Source: Octopus vulgaris | Lineage: Eukaryota | Length of the DNA: 64,000 nucleotides | Reading direction: 5' to 3' | NCBI GenBank assembly: GCA_951406725.2 | Contig: OX597831.1 | Coordinates: 73,532,001 to 73,596,000 of the forward strand | In this document: positions 25,459 through 36,672 of the stretch, in pieces | Layout: each line of letters starts with the position of its first letter | How positions within the stretch are numbered: position 1 is the stretch's first letter | Translations under genes and position numbers: made by a program | Notes under the pieces: model-generated | The model's input: only the letters and a program-made list of their open reading frames with translations | Told to the model about the DNA's origin: nothing | The model's database searches: none

Positions 25459-25612
25459 ATTGTAGGGATTGATAATATTTGAATTTTGTTCGAGTCAGTC
25501 TCTTGCTCTTCTGAGTTTTGTGTGGGTGCAAAAAGGGGTTATAACTTGGCTGGAAGTCCTTTGTACCCTGGGGGGGGGGGGAGACTCAAAGTAGCAAGAG
25601 ACCAACTCCATA

Positions 25613-25880
25613 CGATCAACAGAACAACCTGCTCATGAAATTAACGTGCAAGTGGCTGAGTACTCCACAGACACGTGTACCCTTAATGTAGTTCTCGGGG
25701 AGTTCAGCATGACACAGAGTGTTACAAGGCTGGCCCCTTTTGAATGACAGGTACAAATCGTCTTTTGGCAGCTGAGTGGAACAACATGGAATAAAGTGTC
25801 TTGCCCAAGGATGCAGTGTACCACCAGGAATCAAACTCACAACCTTACGATCATGAGCCAAATACGCAAGCCACTAAGTC
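25613..25880 (-). mobile_element. SINE with family-3-type head/CORE and family-4-type tail
   Basis: Tail matches 46414-46550; head has CTTGGGCAAGACACTTTATTCC as in family 3. Confidence 0.7.
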
Positions 25881-26737
25881 ACACACACACACACACACAC
25901 ACGCACACACACGCACACACACACGAGTAAAGCTGTTGATAGTAAAGAAAACTGCCAATGTTCCTGTGATGCGAGTATGGCAACTGACAGGGACGTAGGT
26001 GCTCCCATCTAGTTTACTGTGAGTCAGGTTACTATTTTTAATTCTTAACCAGAACCATGAAACCCTCACCCACTTCAAGAATTAAAAAAAAAACCCAAAA
26101 CACACACACACACACACCTTCAGGTTGTGTTGAAAGATCTATTTCGAAACCAATGAGGAGGAGGTTGGCAGACAGCTGCAACACATGTTCTGATCTTCGC
26201 GTTTAAACTAACCTACATCCCTTTACAGATGGCGGACTTGGATGAAGTTGACTGAGAGCGAGAGAGAGAGAGGGAGGGAGAGAAAGAGAGAGAGGGAGAG
26301 ATAGAGACGGAGAGAGAGAGAGAGGGGGGGGAGAGAGAAAAGCAGAGCAAGCAAATGGACCCACCATCCTTAAATATAGCAACGGAGGAGGGTGTGTGTA
26401 CTAGTGTCAGTCCCTCGACTCCCTGCTCCCTTCCATGCAGCATTCCAGTAATGCAGACTCTGCAGGATTCTCTCCTACATCCAAGTGAAACTGGTACCTT
26501 GAATGGGAGGTGGCGGTGGTGGTGGTGGTGGCAGCGAGCGAGCGTTAAAATGGTAACTGCTGGGAACAGATTAATTCTTTGGTCCAGTGAAGTGAGAAAA
26601 GACAGACTGGAATGAACGCAGCAGTTTGGCTACTGGAATGAGTCTCACTTTAAGCATGGATTACTTGCGTAGAAGCTATTTATATACAGAATGTATAGAG
26701 GGGCATGTCGAGCTTTTATATATATATATATATACTC

Positions 26738-27141
26738 TTTTCTCTCTTTTATTTGTTTCAGTCATTTGACTGCGGCCATGCTGGAGCACCGCCTTTAGTC
26801 GAGCAAATCGACCCCGGGACTTATTCTTTGTAAGCCCAGTACTTATTCTATCGGTCTCTTTTGCCGAACTGCTAAGTGACGGGGACGTAAACACACCAGC
26901 ATCGGTTGTCAAGCAATGCTAGGGGACAAACACAGACACACAATCACACACACACACACACATATATATATACATATATACGACAGGCTTCTTTCAGTTT
27001 CCATCTACCAAATTCACTCACAAGGCATTGGTCAGCCCGGGGCTATAGCAGAAGACACTTGCCCAAGATGCCACGCAGTGGGACTGAACCCGCAACCATG
27101 TGGTTGGTTAGCAAGCTACTTACCACACAGCCACTCCTACA

Positions 27142-27143
<2 letters not shown>
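26738..27143 (-). mobile_element. SINE family 1, full length, young
   Basis: Near-consensus, flanked by (TA)n. Confidence 0.92.
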
Positions 27144-27187
<44 letters not shown>

Positions 27188-27204
27188 CACACCGTATATA
27201 TATA

Positions 27205-27425
27205 ATCTTTTTTACTCTAGGTACAAAGCCTGAAATTTTGGGGAGGGACCAGTCAATTAGATCAATCCCAGTACACCACTGATAATTTATCGACCCCGAA
27301 AGGATGAGAGGCAAAGGCAACCTTAGCAGAATTTGAACTCAGAACATAAAGACAGATGAAATACTTCTAAGCACTTCACTCAGCGTGCTAACATTTCTGC
27401 TAGCTTGCCGCCTTTATATACTGTA

Positions 27426-27483
<58 letters not shown>

Positions 27484-27722
27484 TATTCCTATTTCTTTAC
27501 TACCCACAAGGGGCTAAACACAGAGGGGACGAACAAGGACAGACAAACGGATTAAGTCGATTATATCGACCCCAGTGCGTAACTGGTACTTAATTTATCA
27601 ACCCTGAAAGGATGAAAGGCAAAGTCGACCTCGGCGGAATTTGAACTCAGAATGTAGTGGCAGACGAAATAGCACTAAGCATTTCGCCCGGCATGCTAAC
27701 GTTTCTGCCAGCTCGCCGCCTT
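27205..27722 (-). mobile_element. Two SINE family 2 copies separated by (TA)n
   Basis: Copies at about 27205-27413 (tail type B) and 27488-27722 (tail type A). Confidence 0.88.
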
Positions 27723-27809
27723 GCAAATGCATATACCAGTGTTAGCTGTGGTCTTTGAACCAACTGGATCCTGTCAAAGTGTTCAACCCATGCTAGCATC
27801 CAACATTAA

Positions 27810-28066
27810 CCATTTAGCATTTAAACTGGCCATATGTGGCACAAATATTCTACCTGTTTTAAGCTTGAACTGGTTAGATCTAACCTCTAGCACCTTACAA
27901 ATTCATTCTAAAAATAAGCAATCACATCATCAAAATATTAAAGCTACAAGAGGCAGGCTCTGTGTCCATATACGGAACAGCCCCATTCATGAAATGGTCA
28001 ACCCAAGCCCCATATGAAGAAATAAACATTGCATTTGGCAGAGTAATGTGAATGCTAAAGGGCTAA
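27810..28066. mobile_element. TTAA MITE family B, degenerate
   Basis: TTAA|CCATTTAGCATT...AATGCTAAAGGG; interrupts an R1 tail. Confidence 0.65.
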
Positions 28067-28080
28067 TGTTAAATGATGAT

Positions 28081-28480
28081 GAGGCAATGAGCTGGCAGAA
28101 CCGTTAGCACGCCAGGCGAAATGCTTAGCGGTATTTTGTCTGTCTTTACGTTCTGAGTTCAAATTCCGCCGATGTCGACTTTGCCTTTCATCCTTTCGGG
28201 GTCGATAAATTAAGTACCAGTTATGCACTGGGGTCGATGTAATTGACTTAATACCTATGTCTCTCCTTGTTTGTCCCCTCTATGTTTAGCCCCTTGTGGG
28301 TAATAAAGAAATAGGTATTTCCTCTGCCATTACGTTCTGAGTTCAAATTCCGCCGAGGTCGACTTTGCCTTTCATCCTTTTGGGGTCGATAAATTAAGTA
28401 CCAGTTGCATACTGGGGTTGATCAAATCAACTGGCCTCCTCTCCAAAAATTTCGGGCCTTGTGCCTACAGTAGAAAAGAA
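28081..28480 (+). mobile_element. SINE family 2 dimer with two different tails
   Basis: Bodies at 28131 and 28315 (period 184); first ends in tail A, second in tail B. Confidence 0.88.
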
Positions 28481-28879
28481 TGTTAAATGATGATGATGAT
28501 GATTGAGTGTCTGTGTGTACACACTAGGGTTTTAAGTGTATCATCATCATCATCATTTTGATGTCCACATTTCTTATCCCGCATGCATCAGATGGGATCC
28601 GTTGAAACAGATTCTCTACAGTTTGGTGCCCTTCTTGTCAGCAACCCCTACTTGCTACCAAAGTACTAATTACCCATGGCCAGGACATGTCTTAAAAGGA
28701 AGACTTGAAAAGAAGGATACCTCTACACTGCTTGTATGACAGTGGCACTTGCTTACAACTATCACTTGATGTCAAAATGAGACAAAAGTGCGCACACACA
28801 CACACATACACGTGGGAGAGAACCTGAAATCATGGAGCTGGGACGCAACCCCTTAACCACACAACTGTGCTCATATATA

Positions 28880-29038
28880 TAGGAGTGGCTGTGTGGTAAG
28901 TAGCTTGTTTACCAACCACATGGTTCCGGGTTCAGTCCCACTGCGTGGCATGTTGGGCAAGTGTCTTCTGCTATAGCCTCGGGCCGACCAATGCCTTGTG
29001 AGTGGATTTGGTAGATGGAAACTGAAAGAAGCCCGTCG

Positions 29039-29070
<32 letters not shown>

Positions 29071-29281
29071 TGTGTGTGTTTGTGTGTCTGTGTTTGTCAC
29101 CCTAGCATTGCTTGACAACCAATGCTGGTGTGTTTATGTCCCCGTTACTTAGCGGTTCGGCAAAAGAGACCGATAGAATAAGTACTGGGCTTACAAAAGA
29201 ATAAGTCCTGGGGTCGATTTACTCGACTAAAGGTGGTGCTCCAGCATGGCCGCAGTCAAATGACTGAAACAAGTAAAAGAG
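28880..29281 (+). mobile_element. SINE family 1, full length
   Basis: Near-consensus copy; an extra 3' fragment follows at about 29370-29518. Confidence 0.92.
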
Positions 29282-29302
29282 TATTTGTATGTATGCATAT
29301 AT

Positions 29303-29351
<49 letters not shown>

Positions 29352-30446
29352 GACAGACACACAAGTGTAATAATAGCTTGACAACTGATGTTGGTGTGTT
29401 TACATTCCTGTAACTCTGAGGTTCAGCAAAAGAGACCAATAGAATAAGTGTTCGACTAAAGGTGGTGCTCCAGCATGGCAGCAGTCAAATGACTGAAACT
29501 AGTAAAAGAATAAAAGAATATATACACCCAGGCATGAACGTGTGTGTGAGTGTTACAAGTATATAAATAGAGGGTCTCATTTCACCTTTTTTTTCCTTCT
29601 GTACCCAAGTTTTATGTAAACACCCACACAAACTGGAGCCCCAGTCTTTGAAATATCCTCCTCATCAGACACCCCTGTGGCAAATAGAAATCATCAGTTT
29701 TATTATTTTTATTTTCATCATCATCATCATTATTATTATTATTATTATTATTAGTAGTAGTAATAGTAGTAGTAGCGGTGGTAATGGTATAATCTTTCTC
29801 CACTATTTCTACTTCCCCACCACCACCGCCGCCACCATCAAAAACAGGCCTCTACCCCACCTCCACCACCCTCCACACCTAAACAGTCAGTGATAGAGGA
29901 AGAGAAGACTTTTAGCCCCTCCACCCTAGCTGAACTAAGTTAGAATCAGGTGAGGTATGCAAATACTTGGGTAGATACATGGGTATCATTTCAGAGAGAG
30001 AGAGAGAGAGAGAGAGAAAAAGAGAGCACAGGGTCCGAGGTGGTGTGGAGGGGGAAACACACATGTGTTGGGGCAGGCACAGTAGGGTGGGTAGCGGTGG
30101 TGGGAGTTGGGGGAGGGGCAGGTTCCAAGAGCGAAATAGGGTGGGGTGTGTGTGAGATAATGAGGTTAGAGGAATCAGTTCCCTAAAATAGGGCAAACAG
30201 GGAGGGAGGGAGTTGGAATCCCTCTCAACCATCTACCCCTTTCTCTAATGGAAAACAAAGCCTGCTGTATGTAGTATACATATTTATACACGTTGTATAC
30301 ACATAAATATATAGGTATATAAGGAAAAGCTGCCAGAAGATGAGAAATCTGCCTATCAATTTCTCTATCTACCTACCAACCTATATCTAATTGCCTGTCT
30401 ACTATTTTATTGATATATACATACACATGTATATATACACATGCAC

Positions 30447-30820
30447 ATCATCATCGTCATTTAACGTCCGATTTCCATGCTGGCATGGGTTGGAGGACAG
30501 TTTGACTGAGGACTGGCGAGCCAGGAGGCTGCACCAGGCTCCAGTCTGATCTGGCAAAGGTTCTACAGCTGGATGCCCTTCCTAATGTCAACCACTCCGA
30601 GAGTGTAGTGGGTGCTTTTACGTGCCACCGGCACGAGGGCCAGTCAGGCTGTACTGGCAACAAACCACGCTCACGCTCAAAAGCTGCATGGGAACCAGTC
30701 CGGCGGCACCGGCAACGACCATGCTCAAATGTTGCTGTTCATGTGCCGGTAAGGCAACGCTGGAAATGGTCATGCTTGAATGGTGCTTTTTACATGCCAC
30801 TGGCACGTGAGCCAGTCAGG
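30447..30820 (-). mobile_element. RTE LINE 3'UTR fragment (R1)
   Basis: (CAT)n-TTTAACGTCCG...GGATGCCCTTCCTAA...TTTTACGTGCCACCGGCAC. Confidence 0.85.
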
Positions 30821-32326
30821 CACACATCATAGAACAACTTGATTTTCAAAAATATTCTATCATGAGCATGTAAATACATTTCATACATACATACATACAT
30901 GCATGTATATATGTATGTATGTATGTGTGCATGTGAATATATGTATGTGTAACCATTGCTATACTCTTATTCTTTTACGGGTTCCAGTCATTGGCCAGTG
31001 GTATGCTGGGGCATTGCATTTAAGGTTTTAGTTGATTGTATCAACCTAGTATTTATTTTATTAATGTATAAATCACTATTTGACAAACTGCTAAGTCATA
31101 GGGCATACAGGGATACAATATAAACATACACACACACAGATGCTCATATAGACATGACAGGCTTCATAGAGTTTCCATCAACCAATTAACTTACAAAGCA
31201 TTGGTCAGTCTGATGCTATTTGAGAAGACTCCTGGCCAAAGAACCAGCGAGTGAGACAAAACCAGAAACTCAATGATTAAGTAACAAATTCTGGTTCCAC
31301 ACATCCAGTGATGTCTCCATCTATATCACTTCTCTATCAAATGGTTTTAGCTTCTCTCTAGGATAGTACTTCTCAACCATTCTTTGACCTGGGGACTTCC
31401 TTTCATTACTATTCTGGTGGAATCTTATAACCATTTGATGCTTATAAGCTAGTTTTATAGATACTTCTTTCAAAATTTCGATTTTGCTTTTCACACATTC
31501 ACTTGTGCAGGTTTCTATGAAGAATGTCAGAGAAAGAAACCGTTTTCTTTGCAATAAATACACCCTAAGTAACATCTTTTCAAGAACCATTGCCATTGTT
31601 GATCCTCATTGTTGAACCATGCCATTGTTGATCCTCAATTTACTATTTCGCTTGTGTGAACCCTCAAAATCTTACATGGACCTGATTAAGAACTACTGCT
31701 CTACGATGATCAATTTGTCTCTGACCCTTTTTGCCAAATTGATGTTCCTAAACCATGTCAGGCATCCTACCATGAACAATGCATGCATTTCTTTTATAGT
31801 CAACCATCCGCGTTCCCTCTGACCCAAACTCAGTTGTTTCTGTAGACTTTGTGCTTCACTTGAGTCACAATAAGTAAATCCAATTTACAGAGCCTTTGAC
31901 ATGGGCTAACGATTTCTGACACAGGCTCCCTGATGTGTAAACAAATAGTCAATAGTTGTGATTAATACAATCTAACGCCAGCTTACTAATGTGTTAGTAA
32001 ATCACTTTTGATTCATCCACCCTCTGACGTGGCTACACTCAAGAGATGAAGGCACATTTAATATATAATTATCATTAAAACAGGAAAAAAAAAGTAACAT
32101 TTTATAGATTTAAACTCATCATTTAGTTTGGACAACAGGTAGATAACTAACTTCTAGTTATGACATTCCAACTATGGCCACCACTTGTGTATGGAAAATA
32201 GATAACAATTAGTTCTGAACAACCATAATTTTCAATAAGAAAATCTTGAAAAAAAGTGTACATTATACGTAAACAATAATTGTACCATAGCTACATATAT
32301 TACTGTATATGTGTGTGTGTGTGTGA

Positions 32327-32362
<36 letters not shown>

Positions 32363-32391
32363 ATACAATATGTTACATTACTCGGTAGTCA

Positions 32392-32454
32392 AGATAAAAC
32401 TCTGAGTTTCAGATGCCGAAGTGGAAATCCACAACACCATCTCTTCGGTTATCT
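32392..32454 (-). ncRNA. Hammerhead-like motif in PLE 3' region, left arm
   Basis: Mirror image of 34555-34617. Confidence 0.65.
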
Positions 32455-32648
32455 GGCTATTTGAAAACGTTATGAAAAAATACCGTTAAAAATGAAGGGA
32501 AATTACTCTGTTATAACTCTGCTTTGCCTGCGTACTTATACATCGCTCGCATTTTTCGTCATAAAAATTATATAAAAATACATAAAAATATATAAAAATA
32601 TATAAAAATATATAAAATCTTCTTGGGACATAACACAGAAAGCATGTT

Positions 32649-33513
32649 CTATCCGTTTTCTTTAGGGGACCAAAAACGTAACAGAAATTTAGTCACATGT
32701 GGGCATGATCCGAAAAGTTCTGTCCTTGTATTTAGACATGTGGTAGGGTCTAAGCTGCTTTTCCAGATAAGCCATCTCTCCATGTCGCATAAACCGCACC
32801 TTCCGCTGCCGTTAGTATAGGGCTTACATCTGGCCAAAATCTTCCATTGTATGTTATAATCGACACCTTTATCTCTTAAAGACCAAATATGATTGGATAA
32901 TTGTGTCGCTTTTCTTTTGTTCCAGTGCCTAAAGCTCAAAGTGTGGTTATTGAACCTGGCCTTGAAATTACCCTCTGTCAGGCCCACGTATTTCTTCGTC
33001 AAAACGGTGTCTTTAGTGGTTATAGAGTTTACGGTAGCTTCATATATGATGGTCTTGGACATGCAAGCTCCATTTAGCGGGCACAATTCTTTATTCCTGC
33101 ATGAACAGCTGTTTTCTTCTTGTGTTTTTTGTATGTTATGATTGATTATGTTTTTAAAATTGGTAGTTGAACTAAAACTAATTTTTAAATTGTGTCTATT
33201 GAAGAGTTTCCTATAAGCATGGTTAACTGGAAAATGTCTATCTATCAGTGCTAGGAAATATTTACCTATATTGAAGGCCACCTCGGGTGAGTAAGGGCGT
33301 AAACCAGATGACCTTCCTATTTCTATTATTCCTTTTCCTTATTGTTGGGCTGGTGATAGGTGTATATTTTATTTTTTCGCTAAAACCACTATCTTTTAAA
33401 GCTTTATTATAAACTGGGGCAACGCTATTGAAGATGTCCTCATTAGATGAGAGGCTAGAAATCCTCTTACTAATATTTTTAACTAAATTTTTGAATACTA
33501 TAGGGGGATGGCA
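32649..33513 (-). pseudogene. Truncated PLE ORF: RT thumb plus GIY-YIG endonuclease
   Basis: Reads CHPPIVFKNLVKNISKRISSLSSNEDIFN...ALKDSGF...RKVIWFT, frameshift in a C-run near 33296, then PYSPEVAFNIGKYFLALIDRHFP...CSCRNKELCPLNGAC...IIY...YVG...R...NH...CGLC..E...LN. Confidence 0.9.
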
Positions 33514-34360
33514 TCAAAAATTTAGTTAAAAATATTAGTAAGAGGATTTCTAGCCTCTCATCTAATGAGGACATCTTCAATAGCGTTGCCCCAGTTTATA
33601 ATAAAGCTTTAAAAGATAGTGGTTTTAGCGAAAAAATAAAATATACACCTATCACCAGCCCAACAATAAGGAAAAGGAATAATAGAAATAGGAAGGTCAT
33701 CTGGTTTACGCCCCTTACTCACCCGAGGTGGCCTTCAATATAGGTAAATATTTCCTAGCACTGATAGATAGACATTTTCCAGTTAACCATGCTTATAGGA
33801 AACTCTTCAATAGACACAATTTAAAAATTAGTTTTAGTTCAACTACCAATTTTAAAAACATAATCAATCATAACATACAAAAAACACAAGAAGAAAACAG
33901 CTGTTCATGCAGGAATAAAGAATTGTGCCCGCTAAATGGAGCTTGCATGTCCAAGACCATCATATATGAAGCTACCGTAAACTCTATAACCACTAAAGAC
34001 ACCGTTTTGACGAAGAAATACGTGGGCCTGACAGAGGGTAATTTCAAGGCCAGGTTCAATAACCACACTTTGAGCTTTAGGCACTGGAACAAAAGAAAAG
34101 CGACACAATTATCCAATCATATTTGGTCTTTAAGAGATAAAGGTGTCGATTATAACATACAATGGAAGATTTTGGCCAGATGTAAGCCCTATACTAACGG
34201 CAGCGGAAGGTGCGGTTTATGCGACATGGAGAGATGGCTTATCTGGAAAAGCAGCTTAGACCCTACCACATGTCTAAATACAAGGACAGAACTTTTCGGA
34301 TCATGCCCACATGTGACTAAATTTCTGTTACGTTTTTGGTCCCCTAAAGAAAACGGATAG
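33514..34360 (+). pseudogene. Truncated PLE ORF: RT thumb plus GIY-YIG endonuclease, mirror copy
   Basis: Identical 210-aa endonuclease ORF 33728-34360; upstream frame KNLVKNISKRISSLSSN...KVIWFTP is joined by a frameshift at the C-run 33711-33714. Confidence 0.9.
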
Positions 34361-34554
34361 AACATGCTTTCTGTGTTATGTCCCAAGAAGAATTTATATA
34401 TTTTTATATATTTTTATATATTTTTATGTATTTTTATATAATTTTCATGACGAAAAATGCGAGCGATGTATAAGTACGCAGGCAAAGCAGAGTTATAACA
34501 GAGTAATTTCCCTTCATTTTTAACGGTATTTTTTCATAACGTTTTCAAATAGCC

Positions 34555-34617
34555 AGATAACCGAAGAGATGGTGTTGTGGATTTCCACTTCGGCATCTGA
34601 AACTCAGAGTTTTATCT
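34555..34617 (+). ncRNA. Type I hammerhead-like motif in PLE 3' region
   Basis: AGATAA-CCGAAGA-GATG(...GTGGAtttCCAC...)CATC-t-GAAA-CTCAGAG-TT-TTATCT; PLE pseudo-LTRs are known to carry minimal hammerheads. Confidence 0.68.
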
Positions 34618-34713
34618 TGACTACCGAGTAATGTAACATATTGTATAGATAAATTTCCTCTATTTACATAATATTGAGGTCTCTTTCTTTCTTTTGTTAT
34701 CTTACCGTTTTAT

Positions 34714-34748
<35 letters not shown>

Positions 34749-34951
34749 CACACATATCATAAACAAAGAGTTATTAACAAGGGATTGCTAATCAAAGCAA
34801 AATACTTGTTAAGCTTCCTACAGCTAGGAATACATCAGGCCAACAAAAGGTCTTGTGATCGTTTTTGTCAAATCCATCACTAATCAAGTTTGTAAATCCA
34901 TGGTCACATTACTCAGCTAATCTGCTTGGTTGGTGATTGACTTAGGATTCC

Positions 34952-34988
<37 letters not shown>

Positions 34989-35128
34989 ATGTACAAGTTA
35001 GAGGTGTTGAAACCTCCAAGGGATAGATAGATGTATCCAGAGGCACACCTGGTAATTACCTCAGTATGTATGGTCCTTGTTGTAAGGTATATGGCAGTAG
35101 GTAATTTAAAAAGTAAACTGTAGTTTAA

Positions 35129-35349
35129 CCCTTTCATTACTGTATTTATTTTGAGATGCTCTGTGTTTCTTTCAATTAATTTTAAATATAACAAAGAATT
35201 TAGTAAAATAACTTAGTTATCATTAAGCTAGTGTTAGGAACATAAATTGTGATTAAAGTCTGGTGGAAGATTTTAATTCAAAACTTGTGAAAACAAGACA
35301 TTTGTACTCAGAGTCAGAGCCGGTTTCAGCCGGGTTGGTAACGAAAGAG
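35129..35349. mobile_element. piggyBac-type MITE family A
   Basis: TTAA|CCCTTTCATTAC...GTAACGAAAGAG|TTAA. Confidence 0.9.
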
Positions 35350-35463
35350 TTAATGTATGTATAAATGATAAGAAAACGGAGAAATACATAACAATGAGAA
35401 GTGGATCTTTGGTGCTATAAAACCATTATTTAATTAGTTTAATTAAGAAAAATGAGAGAGTAA

Positions 35464-35540
35464 GTTTACAGCTGTTTCGGTACATCAGGCTGGGGTAAAT
35501 ATGTATTTACCTCGTTGCAATTGATAGACATCATCAGAAC
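35464..35540 (-). ncRNA. Hammerhead-like motif with canonical core (family H2)
   Basis: Reverse strand: GTT-CTGATGA-(long stem II)-GAAA-CAGCTG-TA-AAC, followed by a T-rich tail ending near 35360. Confidence 0.6.
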
Positions 35541-35771
35541 GAAAAAGATGAAGATAAACAAAAAGGAGAATAGAGCGAAAGAAAGTGTGAGGTAGAAACG
35601 GGGGGGGGGGATGTTCAATGATTCGTTGGTCTTACATTTCAGTTAGGTTCAAAGTTCATTAAATTCATTGTAAGGTAGATAAAGAATAGAAGTTGGTTGA
35701 GTCTAAGGTCTGTATAGTAAAATAAGGATTCACATACAATAGGGTATTTGAAAAAATATGCACCAGTTATA

Positions 35772-35941
35772 GGCACAGGAGTGGCTGTGTGGTAAGTAGC
35801 TTGCTAACCAACCACATGGTTCCGGGTTCAGTCCCACTGCATGGCATTTTGGGCAAGTGTCTTCTGCTATAGCCCCGGGCCGACCAATGCCTTGTGAGTG
35901 GATTTGGTAGACGGAAACTGAGAGAAGCCTGTCATATATAT

Positions 35942-35975
<34 letters not shown>

Positions 35976-36180
35976 CTGTGTTTGTCCCCCTAGCATTGCT
36001 TGACAACCGATGCTGGTGTGTTTACGTCCCCGTCACTTAGCGGTTCGGCAAAAGAGACCGATAAAATAAGTACTGGGCTTACAAAGAATATGTCCTGGGG
36101 TCGATTTGCTCGACTAAAGGCGGTGCTCCAGCATGGCCGCAGTCAAATGACTGAAACAAGTAAAAGAGAAAGAGAAAGAG
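35772..36180 (+). mobile_element. SINE family 1, full length
   Basis: Near-consensus copy. Confidence 0.92.
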
Positions 36181-36511
36181 GTAAGGTTGGATAAACCTAT
36201 GATTCTGGTCTATGGTTGGTAAGTATCAGATACGATATTCTGGTTGTGTACTCAGAGAAAACCAACCCTATAAGTATTTAGCACTAGGGGCCGGTCCTAA
36301 TCACGTTTTACTTTGAATAGTACTTCGTTGGTATACTCTAGGGTGTCCAACAAGTAAGTTGTAAATCCCCTTGGTGCATTATAATCAAATGATTGATGAC
36401 ATACAGTGGTCAATTATCCATCGTATGTTATTCATCAGATTATATATATATATATATATCAGAAATATTAAATTTCTAAATGTCTCAAAGATACATGAGC
36501 GGTGGTGGAGC

Positions 36512-36672
36512 GAATTACACCACCACTGTTTAGCCCTAGGAAGCATTGAACGCTTCCTGTCGGCTTTGACACATTTTCTGTGTCCTTCACAAATATAAGG
36601 ACACAGAAAATGTGTCAAAGCCGACAGGAAGCGTTCAATGCTTCCTAGGGCTAAACAGCGGTGGTGTAATTC
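36512..36672. repeat. Near-perfect palindrome, 76-bp arms, 9-nt loop
   Basis: 36512-36587 versus 36597-36672, one mismatch seen. Confidence 0.95.

Larger units (their letters stand above)
32358..34716. mobile_element. Penelope-like retroelement (Naiad-like), head-to-head inverted pair of 5'-truncated copies
   Basis: Arms 32358-33494 and 33514-34651 nearly identical; 19-nt spacer; 65-nt extra tail on the right arm; (TA)n on both flanks; encodes a GIY-YIG endonuclease. Confidence 0.93.

Noticed and set aside
31362-31699. Degenerate hAT-like MITE (also 61927-62110)
   Set aside because: TIR-like ends are visible but too decayed, and no clear 8-bp TSD supports a call.
32893-33141. 82-aa and 65-aa ORFs overlapping the PLE arms
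   Set aside because: Antisense shadows of the endonuclease ORF.
32649-34520. Selenoprotein-type Naiad (in-frame UGA plus SECIS)
   Set aside because: No in-frame TGA in the visible ORF, the conserved Cys are normal codons, and no convincing SECIS fold was seen.
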